A stretch of 64,000 nt of DNA from Okamejei kenojei. Its lineage: Eukaryota. How positions within the stretch are numbered: the stretch's first letter is position 1; each line of letters opens with the position of its first letter. Positions 51,814 to 63,303 of this stretch are shown here, piece after piece. The notes beneath the pieces were generated by a model that was not told the origin of the DNA, made no database searches, and saw nothing but the letters and a program-made list of their open reading frames with translations. Both the position numbers and the translations under genes were made by a program. The stretch is from positions 43,710,001-43,774,000 of the forward strand of contig CM069134.1 of NCBI GenBank assembly GCA_035221665.1, read 5' to 3'.

Positions 51814-54042
51814 TTTTTTTTTTGTAAGATATTTTTATTAGAAGTAATTACATATTAAGAAGAAATATAAAATCCAATTAAAGCAAAAGAAAATATTAAC
51901 GTCACATACATTCTTAATATTTTTAAAGTTAACAATCAATCTTATTTGTACTTCTATAATTTTCTTTTTTATTTTATAGCAGTAGGAAATAAAAAAGGGA
52001 AAAAGAAAAGAAAAAAAAGAGAGATAAACTGATTGAGTGGAATATTAATAGAATATTGACTGGCCTTGAGGGGGATACGACATATATTGCCTGAAGTAGA
52101 TTCATATTGCCCGAGTCGAAGACGAGGGCAATATGGATCTAGTGAGGGCAATATATGTCGTATCTCCCGAAAGAGGACAGTCAATATTGTTATTATTACC
52201 CATTATCAGACATCTAGAGGAAAATCTGAACATCTCATATGATATGAATGTATCTATACATTTTGCAATATGCATTGCAACATTGTAAATAAGGGTACTA
52301 AAACCATTGCAACATTGTAAATAAGGGTACTAAAACCATTGCAACATTGTAAATAAGGGTACTAAAACAATGTAACATTTATGTTTCATTTATGTAATTT
52401 ATGTAATTCATTTATGTGACAATGTGAAGGTCGAACTTTTAAAATCGCGAACCTCTTCTCGCAACCGGCTGCCATTTTGTTTGTTTTGAGAATAAATTTT
52501 AAATTTCGCACGCAGCGTCACGTTGCCGTCACGCAGCGTCACGTTGCCCAAGTCCCATCCCGGATGTGAGACCAGGGGAATATAAGACATTCCCCGCTGT
52601 TTAACAGGTAAAGTCCATAGGCGTTCGCTCCATCTGAGGTATGGTTTTACCAAATCATATTACTTCATTTTACTGCCAGCAGGGCTAACAGGGGAATATT
52701 TTCTTATATTCCCCTTTCTAGCCAACCCCTATGGAGTTTGCCTGTTTAAACAGCGGGGAATATAACCTTATATTCCCCTGGTCTCACATCCGGGAACGTG
52801 ACGCTGCGTTGACGCTGCGTGGGAAATTTAAAATTTATTCTCAAAAAAAAAAAAAATGCTGCCGTTTGCGAGAAAAGGTTCCCGTTTTAAAACTTCGACC
52901 CTTCACATTGTCACATAAATGAATTGACATAAATTACATAAATGAAACATAAATGTTACATTGTTTTAGTACCCTTATATACAATGTTGCAATGGTTTTA
53001 GTACCCTTCTTTACAATGTTGCAATGCATATTGCAAATGTATAGATACATTCATATCATATGAGGTTCAGATTTTCACCTCTAGATGTTGATAATGGGTA
53101 ATAATAACAATATTGACTGTCCTCTTTCGGGAGATACGACATATATTGCCTCACTAGATCCATATTGCCCTCGTCTTCGACTCGGGCAATATGAATCTAC
53201 TTCAGGCAATATATGTCGTATCCCCCTCAAGGCCAGTCAATTATTCTATTAATATTCCCCTGTTACCCCTGCTGGCAGTAAAAAGGAAGGGAATACAATT
53301 TCGTAAAAGCATACCTCAGATGGGTGATATGGGTAATAATAATAGAATATTGACTGGCCTTGAGGGGGATACGACATATATTGCCTGAAGTAGATTCATA
53401 TTGCCCGAGTCGAAGACGAGGGCAATATGGATCTAGTGAGGGCAATATATGTCGTATCCCCCGAAAGAGGACAGTCAATATTGTTATTATTACCCATATC
53501 AGACATCTAGAGGAAAATCTTCTGTCAAAAGTCGCGAACCTCTTCTCGCAGGAGGCTGCCATTTTGCTTGTTTTGTCGAGAACAAATTCTAAATTTCCCA
53601 CGCAGCGTCACATTGCCAAGTTCCCGGATGTGAGACCAGGGGAATATAAGACTATATTTACCGCTGTTTTAACACGTAAAGTCCATAGGCGTTCGCAAGA
53701 AAGGGGAATACAAGAAAATATTCCCCTGTTAACCCTGCTGGCACTCAAAACGAAGGGAATACAATTTTGTAAAAGCATAGCTCAGATGTGTGATATGGGT
53801 AATAATAAACAAGATATTCTTCAATGGAGATATATTTATGATCTATTGTCTATAATTCTTCATCCATTCATACATTCAGGCTTCCGTCATGGCTTCGAAC
53901 CGGACCATCTTGACCCTTTAAATATTCAATAAATGGAGACCATATTCCTCTGAACTGGTCCAGCCTGTCCATCAGGGCAAGCCTTAATCGTTCCAAGTGT
54001 AACGTCTCCGACATTTCTGTAATCCACATTTTAGTTGTGGGG
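51814..54042 (-). mobile_element. L1/Tx1-clade LINE 3' fragment with 15-bp TSD, split by a nested palindromic element
   Basis: ggtaagtaatattct at 51799-51813 and 54043-54057. Poly-T (poly-A tail) starts at 51813. PTTKMWITEMSETLHLERLRL...IWSPFIEYL is homologous to the peptide at 25854-26005. Confidence 0.85.
52046..53807. mobile_element. Multimer of a hairpin-bearing non-autonomous element (Crypton-like)
   Basis: Three copies of a unit that begins taatagaatattgactgg and contains a ~137-bp imperfect hairpin. The copies are forward (52046-52628), inverted (52630-53258) and forward (53340-53807). Bounded by taata, with no conventional TSD. Confidence 0.6.
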
Positions 54043-54168
54043 GGTAAGTAATATTCTAAAAGGCAATTGTTCAAGGCGATCACACAGGCTCCATAGTGCA
54101 AAAGGGAGTTTACAATAATTAAATTAACATAATTCTGCCAGCAGTGCAAAACTATCTTTTAATAGTTT

Positions 54169-54289
54169 AAGAAGGAACTGCAGATGCTGGAAAATCGAAG
54201 TCTGAAGAAGGGTTTCGACCCGAAACGTTGCCTATTTCCTTCGCTCCATAGATGCTGTCTCACCCGCTGAGTTTTTCCAGCATTTTTGT
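54169..54289 (+). mobile_element. Penelope-derived insertion with 17-bp TSD and inverted 5' piece
   Basis: ctatcttttaatagttt at 54152-54168 and 54290-54306. The insert is aagaaggaactgcagatgctgg (reverse orientation) joined to tctgaagaagggtttcgacccgaaacgttg. Confidence 0.88.
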
Positions 54290-55389
54290 CTATCTTTTAA
54301 TAGTTTTCTGTTAGAAGCTACCAGATCCGTTTCACTTTCATAAGTACTCTACCCGGCAAATGTCTTGTTAAAACATTTCACAGGAGCATATTGACTTAAA
54401 TCATTATGATTATTGTCAGCACTTAACAAGGAAAGAATAATCACTTTGGAAGTAGTTGTGGGAAAGTTCCTTTCAGTCCTACTATTCACGTTATTTTCTT
54501 CAGCTCCACACCAGGCAATTCAAAAGAAAGAGAATCCATACATTCATGAAGCCTCCATTGCAACATAATTGATCTGTGTGCACAACTCCAGTGATGCACG
54601 GACATTACTACTTTCATATCATTACAGTGAACCCCCAGCATCACCAGAACGTATGCAGAGAACTCCTGTTGTCTCCTCAAAACTAAATTCCACTCCAGGC
54701 ACAGTATGATGCACACCAAATGGTCTAGTGAATCCAACAATAGGTGAGCAGCTCTCCTGAATGAGACTTTGGTGGAAGAGAAACTATACAGCAGACGTCA
54801 AATGTCACCTTATTTCTGGCATTTTAGCAGACTGTTGTTGGCTGCGGAAGCTGTTTCATTGTGCGTAACATGAACTCTGCTGTCCTTTCTGTGAGATGCT
54901 TAGTCACGGAAGTCGAGTTTTTATTTCATTAAATTTCATTGATAAATACTGATAATTAGCTGGCTCTAAATAAACAAACCATCACCTAGCTCATCCACAT
55001 TTCGGAGCCAATGCAAGTTGCCATCACCGTTTGCTACTCAAGAGTACCATGTAGGTGCGTTTACAGAAGGTGATGACCAATGTATCCACTTTAAAGTATA
55101 TTAGAAATATATCCTACACGTTACTTCTTTCAAATGTGGCACAGAACACTGTATTGTGAAGATCAGTGAAAGAATCCACTAACTGTTGTGTTGCATTGAT
55201 TTTTCATTCTTTAACCCGTAAAGCTTAAACCTCTGAAAATGAACAGTAATGAGATGATAATGAGGAAGACTGTTCTACAGGGCATTTGTTTACCCCATAG
55301 TAAACTGCACTCTTATAATGTTTGAACATTTGTATTCTGATGAACATTTTATAAAGATTTTCAAAATGATAATTACCAATTTTGTTGAA

Positions 55390-55870
55390 GAGAGGCTGCA
55401 AAGAGTGGTGGACTCAGCCCAGACTATCCCAAACTCTTAAAGTATCTACATGAGGTGCTGCCTCAAGATGCGAATCATTGTACAAATGTATCATACAAAT
55501 CATCATACAAATGTAAACCATTTATCGTCAAGGTTCCCCACCATCTGAGCCATGCTCTCTTCCTGTTGCCGCTATTGGGCAAGAAGTCCGGAAGTCTTAA
55601 GTTGCACCAGGTTCAGGAACAGCTACTTTCCTATAGCCATCAAGCATTTGATCCAACCTGCACCATCCTAATCATACCTCACCAACCAAGCCCTACAGAC
55701 GACATCTTCAATGATTCAATGATACTTCCACAGACTTCTAAGCCATGGAGAGTCTTACAGTACCATGGACTAGTTTTTTGTTTGTGTTTTGCACTTATGT
55801 CTTGTTTTTGCACACTTTTCCTCATCACATTCTTCCAGAAAATATGAAGTTGTGTAAATTAATGAATAAT
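55390..55870 (+). mobile_element. Degenerate Rex1-type LINE 3' fragment
   Basis: aggctgcaaagagtggtggactcagccc...caccaggttcaggaacagctac. Confidence 0.6.
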
Positions 55871-57049
55871 TTAAGTTTTTTAGAGAACAAGGATTATACT
55901 TCAGCCACTCCAGATTACAATATATATTCCAAATACAATGTTATTCACAAAGTTCTGAACATTATTGACATTCTAGTCAACCATATTACTGTACCTCACC
56001 AGCTTTAAGTAGCTACTGCACTATCTCAACATCTTTCTGTCATCATATTTGGTTAAAATGAGTGCCCGATAACAAAAACTAAAGCCATCCTGTTTGGCTA
56101 ACACTTGCATCTAGATAGCATCCTCTCGATCAATCTCCCTGACTGCTTGATATTATTAAATTTCAACAATCCTTGTTATCTTGAAGTTAGGCATCTTTCA
56201 TGCATGTGGTTCCGTGCCAAGTCTTCCCACTCAAACATTAACCATGGTTGCATCTAAATGAGCCCACTCTGTTACCAAAGTTATTTATTGATGTTCCATT
56301 ATATTCAGGTTATAGATCTTTAGTGATTCAGAAAATTGAAACCAAAACCCTAAGTATATTAAATTTGGCCCAAATGTTTCTGGCTGTTTCATCAACAATC
56401 TTCCTTCTCTCATAAGGTCAAAAAGCGAGTTCTTTGCTAACGACAACTCAAAATATAATTGCAGTCACAACTCGCCAGAAAATGAAGCAATTTACATCTG
56501 CATACTGTAAAGCCCAGGGAAAATTCAGTGTTGTCTGAATAAGTGGCAAGCAACATATGCATCACAAAAAGAGCCGGACAATTACTATCTTTGAGAAGAG
56601 AGTCTGGCATTCAGTGGCATTCACAAACCAACAATCTCGGGTTCACATCTAAGCAGAATTTTAACTGGACAAGGTGTCTGAAGAAGTCTCGACCCAAAAC
56701 ATCACCCTTTCCTTCTCCCCGGAGATGATGCTTTTCTTGTTGGGTTACTCCAGCATTTTGTGCCTATCTAAGGTATATAAACCTTGTGGCTACAAGATTT
56801 AGTCAGAGGCAGACTAACTAACAGACTAACTAACAGGTAGAGTATCCCATGGTGAGAGACTTGCCTCGTGTCACCCCAAAACATTTTCCACATCTCTCAG
56901 TGCGTCAGGCACCATCTGCTGAGAGAATGGACGCAACAATTCAGACAAAGATTCGGCGTGGGTTAGGCGTGGGAGGTGGAGAAAGCTGGAAAAGAAAGGT
57001 GAGGGTGGGTCAATGTCTGCCAAATGATAGGTGGATACATGAGGAGGGA

Positions 57050-57300
57050 GAAGGGAGAGAGAGCCCATGGCTACATCTCGGACTTGAAGAAAGTAGGAGG
57101 AATGAAAAGAGAAGTCGTTGAGGATGAGGACAAGTTTTGTCAGGCTGAGGAAAGTGTTAGCTGAGGGGAACTAATTGGATCTCTGTTCAAGGATGAACCA
57201 GAGGGCAGTCGATACCTTCCTGGTGGGGAATGGAGGTGTAAAGGGACTGAACATCCATGTTGAAGTTGAAGCAATGGGAGCCTAGGAATTGAAAGTTATT
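57050..57300 (-). pseudogene. Penelope-like element reverse transcriptase remnant
   Basis: FNMDVQSLYTSIPHQEG is the characteristic PLE RT motif (DVxSLYTxIP). Confidence 0.75.
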
Positions 57301-57308
57301 GAAATGAT

Positions 57309-58519
57309 GAATCATAGAATCATAGAAAAGGTGCAGGAGTAGGCCATTCGGCCCTTCGAGCCTGCACCACCATTCAATATGATCATGGCTGATCATCCAA
57401 CTCAATATCCTGTACCTGCCTTCTCTCCGTACCCCTTGATCCCTTTAGCTACAAGGGCCACATCTAACTCCCTCTTAAGTATAGCCAATGAACTGGCCTC
57501 AACTACCTTCTGTGGCAGAGAATTCCACAGTGGCAGAGACTCACCACTCTCTGTGTGAAAAATGATCTTCTCATCTCGGTCCTAAAAGACCTCCCCCTTA
57601 TCCTTAAACTGTGACCCCTTGTTCTGGAGTTCCCCAGCATCGGGAACAATCTTCCTGCATCTAGGCTGTCCAACCCCTTAAGAATTTTGTAAGTCTCTAT
57701 AAAATCTCCCCTCAATCTCCTAAATTCAAGCGAGTACAAGCCAAGTCTATCCAGTCTTTCTTCATATGGAAGTCCTGCCATCCCAGGAATCAGTCTGGTG
57801 AACCTTCTCTGTACTCCCTCTATGGCAAGAATGTCTTTCCTCAGATTAGGAGACCAAAACTGTACGCAATACTCCAGGTGTGGCCTCACCAAAACCCTGT
57901 ACTACTGCAGTAGAACCTCCCTGCTCTTGTACTCAAATCCTTTTGCTATGAATGCCAACATACCATTCGCTTTCTTCACAGCCTGCTGCACCTGCATGCC
58001 TACTTTCAATGACTGGTGTACCATGACACCCAGGTCTCGTTGCATCTCCCCTTTTCCTAATCGGCCACCATTCAGATAATAGACTACCCTCCTGTTTTTG
58101 CCGCCAAAGTGGATAACCTCACATTTATCCACATTATACTGCATCTGCCATGCATTTGCCCACTCACCCAACCTATCCAAGTCACCTTGCAGCCTCCTAG
58201 CATCCTCCTCACAGCTAATACTGCCCCCCAGCTTCATGTCATCCACAAACTTGGAGATGTTGCATTCAATTCCCTCATCCAGATTATTAATATATATTGT
58301 AAATAGCTGGGGTCCCAGCACTGAGCCTTGCGGTACCCCACTAGTCACTGCCTGCCATTCTGAAAATGACCCGTTTACTCCTACTCTTTGCTTCCTGTCT
58401 GCCAGCCAGTTCCCTATCCACATCAATACTGAACCCCCAATATCGTGTGCTTTAAGTTTGTATGCTAATCTCTTATGTGGGACCTTGTCGAAAGCCTTCT
58501 GAAAGTCGAGATATAACAC
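57309..58519 (-). mobile_element. CR1/HER1 LINE 3' 1.2 kb, RT largely in frame
   Basis: ORFs 57902-58528 (YLDFQKAFDKVPH...GVPQGSVLGP...KFVDDMKL) and 57503-57892 (RPHLEYCVQFWSP). Tail gaatcatagaatcatagaaaagg. Confidence 0.95.
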
Positions 58520-58564
58520 ATATAGCACAAGAGCATGTGAGGTGGCTTATGGAACATAGATTAG

Positions 58565-59410
58565 TACAAAAGACAGGGACAATAAGCTAGCGTAACTCAA
58601 TGACTCAGGCAGTATCTCTGGACACATGGAGAGGTGACGTTTCAGGTCAAGACTCTTCTTCAGACTGCAGTTTGAGGAAAGGTCTCAACCTGAAACCTCA
58701 CCTATTCCTTGGGTTACTCCAGCTTGCTGTATCTATCTTCAATTTAAACCAGCATCTGCAGTTCCTTCATACACATAGAATAGTACAGCACAAGAACAGA
58801 CCCTTCGTCCTACAACGTCCGTGCTGATGCCAAGAATAAGCCTTTTCTGCATGCACATAATCCATATCCCTCCATTCCCTGCATATCCAAGTGCTTATCC
58901 AATAATCTATTAAATGCCACTATCGTATCTGCCTCAACCACCACACCTGGCTGTGTGTTCCAGGCACTCACCACCCTCTGTATAAAAAAACCTTGCATAT
59001 CTTCTTTTAACTTTGCACCTCGCACTTTACCCGCTTTGCCCTCTAATAATTTGTATAGTTCTATCAGGTCTTGCGGCAACCCTGGCCTTCCAGAGAAAAC
59101 AATCCAAATCTGTCCAATCTCTCCCTGAAACTATTATTCTGGTAAACATCCTCTGCCCCTCTCCAAAGCCACCACATCCTACCTGTGTTGGGGTAACCAG
59201 AACTGGGCGCAATACTCTAAATGCAATCTAACCAAAGTTAGCATTAGCAAAGTTTAAAGCTGCATCACGGCTTCTTGACTCATTTTCTCAATGCCCGACC
59301 AGTGAAACTAAGCATATCATATGCTGTCCTTACCACTTTATCTACTAGTGTTGCCACTTTCAGAGTGGTATGGATTTAGATCCCAAGATTCCTCTGTACA
59401 TCAATGTTGT
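58565..59410. mobile_element. Inverted Penelope-derived dimer (about 58565-58775) followed by a degenerate CR1 3' fragment (minus)
   Basis: ggtgacgtttcaggtcaagactcttcttcagact...ctgaaacctcacc. ORF 58810-59079 gives FFIQRVVSAWN...FNRLLDKHLDMQG. Confidence 0.75.
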
Positions 59411-59656
59411 TAAGGATCTTGCCAGTCGTTGCCTCAAAATGGCAGCCAGTATCATCAGAGACCCACACCACCCTGGCCCCACACTCATTTCATCCCTGTC
59501 ATCAGGAAGAAGGTACATGGGTCTGAAAACTGTAAGGTCCAGGTTCAGGAACAGCTTCTTCCATACAGCCATTAGGCTACGAAACACTACAACCTCCATT
59601 AAGCTCTGAACTACATGCACTCTCATTTTTTTAATTGTTGTTTGTTTTTTATAAGT

Positions 59657-59790
59657 NNNNNNNNNNNNNNNNNNNNNNNNNNNNNNNNNNNNNNNNNNNN
59701 NNNNNNNNNNNNNNNNNNNNNNNNNNNNNNNNNNNNNNNNNNNNNNNNNNNNNNNNNNNNNNNNNNNNNNNNNNNNNNNNNNNNNNNNNN
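59657..59790. other. Assembly gap (N run) inside a Rex1-type 3' fragment (about 59420-59905)
   Basis: Run of n. The flanking peptide is SGRRYMGLKTVRSRFRNSFF. Confidence 0.95.
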
Positions 59791-59902
59791 CATTATTATA
59801 TTGTTTACAGTGTATTATGCTTACATATTCTGTTGTTCGGCTGCAAGTAAGAATTTTGTCGTTCAATCTGGGACATATGACGATAAAACAATCTTGACTC
59901 TT

Positions 59903-60235
59903 GAATTCAATCTTCATACCGTTGTGTTGTAAACTACCCAAAAAGAATATGAGGTGCTGATCCTCCAGTTTAGGTGCGACCTCATTCTCGCAGTGGAGGA
60001 TGCCCAGGACAGATAGGTCAGTATGGGAATGGGAAGGGAATTAAACGGATTAGCAACCGGAAGATCTAGCAGGCCATGACCAAACGCAAGAGTATCTGAT
60101 GAAGGAAAGATTTGGATAAGAAAGGATATGTAAACCCTCATTGTGAATTTTCAGTTGGAGATAGAAACAGGCAGTGCCAGGTTGGGGAACTATAAGGTTG
60201 GAAGATGTGGAGAGGCAATTGTCCTATCTGGGACA
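59903..60235 (-). pseudogene. Penelope-like element C-terminal (GIY-YIG-side) remnant
   Basis: Frameshifted minus-strand peptide LPVANPFNS...GILHCENEVAPKLEDQHLIFFLGSLQHNGMKIEF resembles the PLE ORF end. Confidence 0.7.
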
Positions 60236-60834
60236 CATGACAATAAACTCTCTTGACTTGACTTGATAAATCATAGATATAATTGTTGATAGGTTTGGGA
60301 GATGGTGGTCTTTAGGGTCATGGTCAAGAGGTAGGTATGAGGAGCAGTCCAAGAGCTGGTGTCTGGCCTAAGCATGGCAGAGATTAGTCTACCAGGTGAC
60401 AAAGGCACCTCCCTTGACAGCATGTTTGATGACAACATTGGAATTGTTACTGAGTGGATAGAAGGCTGCGCCGTCAAAGGGAGTGAGATTGGAGTGGGGA
60501 AGGTGGCTGGAGAAGCTGAACCTTGAACATCTTCAGTGTACATTCCTTTCGAAAACCATCTGACTCCACAATATTGCTTATTCCCCAAGTATTCAAATGA
60601 AACTTTGGCTTTAATGCTCTTACTTTCTAGGCATTTGTCCAAAACCACTCTTTCTCCATTTCCTTGGCCCCACTATAAAGATTCCCAAGAACAAAAGAAG
60701 AAGCAGGAGAATACCAGATGGGCCTAGGATTGTGCTCTGCCATTAAAAAACATCATGCCCGTCTATTAGAATTTGCCTCTATTCTACTAGCCTAAATCAT
60801 TGAGTTGGAAAGGAGGAATACTTAACAATCCTTT

Positions 60835-61152
60835 GGGCAGCATGGTGGTGCAGTGGTAGAGTTGCTGCCTTACAGCATTTACAGCACTGGAGACCCGGGT
60901 TCAATCACAACTATGGGAGCTGTCTGTACGGAATTGTACGTTCTCCCCATCACCGCATGGGCTTTCGCCGAGATCTTCAGTTTCCTCCTACGCTCCAAAA
61001 ACGTACAGGTTTGTAGGTTAATTGGATTGGTATAAATGTAAATTATCCCTTGTGTGTGTAGGATTGTGTTAATGTGTGGGGATCAATGCTCAGTGCAGAC
61101 TCAGTGGGCCAATGGGCCTGTTTCCGCACTGAACCTCTAAACTAAACTAAAT
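60835..61152 (+). mobile_element. HE1-type SINE
   Basis: gggcagcatggtggtgcagtggtagagttgctgcc...cgggttcaatc...ctctaaactaaactaaa. Confidence 0.9.
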
Positions 61153-61234
61153 TAAGGCAGAGATCTGCAGTCATAGAGTTCCCAAAAGGGATGAAATGTA
61201 GCGTAGTGGAGTATATGTTTCAGTCTGTATCAAT

Positions 61235-62020
61235 TGTACTGTAGTGGAGATGGTCGAGGGTTTCAGTTTTCCAGATGTAAACATCATCAACAATTAATCC
61301 TGGTCCATTCACATTGTTGCATTGGACAAGAAAGCACACCGACGTCTCCACTACCTGAAAAGACGAAGACAATTCGACATTTCTCTAATGACTCTTTCCA
61401 ATTTCTACAGAGGAATTGTGATAATTACTCTACAATTTCTATAATTGTACAAATTAGTAGAATGCAATAGAATTTGCTTTATAATGGATGCAATAGATGC
61501 ATCTCTCTCTGGATGCATCACAGCTTGGAATGGCACCTGTTCTGTCCAAGACCATAAAAAATTGCAGTGTTGGAAACACAGACCAGACCATCATGCATTC
61601 CAGCCTCCCTCCCCACCATACCAAACCAATTCTATCTATATTTTTCACATCCACAGAAGCTAAGATAATCAACAACCACGCACACACCTCTCTCATTCTC
61701 TCCTCTCCCCTCTCCCGGCAGGCAAATGGTACAAAAGCTTGAAAGCACATAAGAGAACAGTTTCTTCCCTGCTATCATCAGGCTCTTGATTGGACATCAT
61801 CTGCTAGGCATGAATTCCCTGATCTTACAATCCACCTCGATGCAGGCTTGCACTTTTCTGTTATTTATACTTTCTCTGTAGCTGTAACAGTATATTCTGC
61901 ACACAGTTTATTTTCCCTTTTGCACAATCTCTTATACTTGTGCAAGGTACGATTTGCCAGGTTAGTTTGCAAAATAAGGGTTTTCCACTGTTTATGTGAC
62001 AATAATAAACTAATATCAAA
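61235..62020 (+). mobile_element. Degenerate Rex1-type LINE 3' fragment
   Basis: tggatgcatcacagcttggaatggcacctgttctgtccaagacc...aacagtttcttccctgc; tail gacaataataaact. Confidence 0.65.
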
Positions 62021-62289
62021 ATGAAACTACTGCGACAGAAGGGTCAAATATGTACAGAAATAAAACAGAAAATAGAGAGAAAAGAGTGAAAGTAAAAATG
62101 GTGGGCTCAGGTACAGCGAAATGAATAAAATGTGCGTGCAGAAACACACAAAGGAACAAAATGCTTCATCTCTTTCCATAACAACAGTCTGATATTGAAC
62201 TGACTGTCTGTAACCTTGGTGCTGTATCTGGCTCTCAGATGAGTTTCCGTCCGACCACGTCTCCATGCCAGCGCCGAGATGTGCGATTG

Positions 62290-62980
62290 ACTTCAACAAT
62301 ATTGCACAACTCCTGCCTCAGTTCCTTTGAAGTCTACATCAATGTCTTTATAAACTCCTAACCTGACCGTGTATTCAATGCAAACTAGCTGGCCTCCATC
62401 ATTCTATTCTCCATAAACTCTCCACACAAAATTCTGCTGCCAGTCCCTTACTGACACCAGAGTCTGAAGAAGGGTCTCGACCCGAAACGTCGCCTATCTC
62501 CTTCGCTCCTTAGATGCTGCTGCACCCGCTGAGTTTCTCCAGCCTTTTGTGTACCCTTACTGACACCAAATCCCATTAGCACATCACTGCTATCTTTGCT
62601 CCTCTATACTGGCAACAGTTTTGCGTTTTTAAACTTTCATGCTCACTTTCAATACCCTTCCTGTCCTCGCTAATTCAAATTTCTGTAATCTACTATAATC
62701 TTTTCCCTCACAGAAATATCTCAACTCCTCAAATTGTTCATTCAGTGGCCAATGCCCTAAGATTTGGAATTTCCATCCAAAACCCATCTACCACCCAATA
62801 TCTCATTGCTCTCCTAAGATATTCCTTAAGAACGACTTCAAATCATTGACTCTAATATCTTATTTTGTGCTATGACATGAATGTCTGTTTGTTAATGCTA
62901 CCATAAAGCAACAAATAATTGAAAACTTGAAATATTTTGTTGTGTTAATGGCACCAATTAGATGTAAATTGATGTTGCAC
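62290..62980 (+). mobile_element. Degenerate L2-clade LINE 3' end
   Basis: caaaattctgctgcc...catcactgctatctttgctcctctatactggc resembles L2 (QNSAAR...HITPVL..LHWL). Tail ends gatgtaaattgatgttg. Confidence 0.5.
62460..62553 (+). mobile_element. 94-bp Penelope-derived insertion with 15-bp TSD and complete hammerhead core
   Basis: cccttactgacacca at 62445-62459 and 62554-62568. Insert reads gagtctgaagaagggtctcgacccgaaacgtcgcc. Confidence 0.9.
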
Positions 62981-63054
62981 CTGATTTTGCATAGATCGTC
63001 AACCAGGGAATAAAATGTAAGGCAATTGGAGGATAAAACAACCAGACCAATGCA

Positions 63055-63303
63055 CCAAAGACAGACACAAAATGCTGGAGTAACTCAGCGGGACAAGCAG
63101 CATCTCTAGATAGAAGGAATGGGTGACGTTTCGGGTCGAGACCCTTCTCCAGACAGTCTGAAGAACTCAGTCTGAAGAAGGGTCTTGACCCGAAACGTCA
63201 CCCATTCCTTCTATCCAGAGATGCTGCCTGTCCTGCTGAGTTACTCCAGCATTTAGTGCCTATCTTCAGTGTAAACCAGCATCTGCAGTTCATCTCTACA
63301 CAG
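63055..63303. repeat. Inverted dimer of the Penelope-derived hammerhead unit
   Basis: About 90-bp arms: atgctggagtaactcagc...gggtgacgtttcgggtcgagacccttctccagac / gtctgaagaagggtcttgacccgaaacgtcaccc...gagttactccagcat. Confidence 0.88.

Noticed and set aside
52273-52368. 32-bp direct repeats resembling a CRISPR array
   Set aside because: The repeats are contiguous with no spacers, there are no cas genes, and the context is eukaryotic.
53263-53932. 190-aa and 112-aa ORFs as a possible recombinase or host gene
   Set aside because: They run through a palindromic repeat that gives similar peptides on both strands. No tyrosine-recombinase or other motif is recognisable.
54490-54750. Plus-strand acceptor/donor pair (ttcttcag ... 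ag|gtgagc)
   Set aside because: The frames I read between the sites hit stop codons, so there is no coding support.
62180-62300. Minus-strand METWSDGNSSESQIQHQG as a possible first exon
   Set aside because: The donor is weak (aag|gttaca), the segment is sandwiched between LINE remnants, and no homology is recognised.
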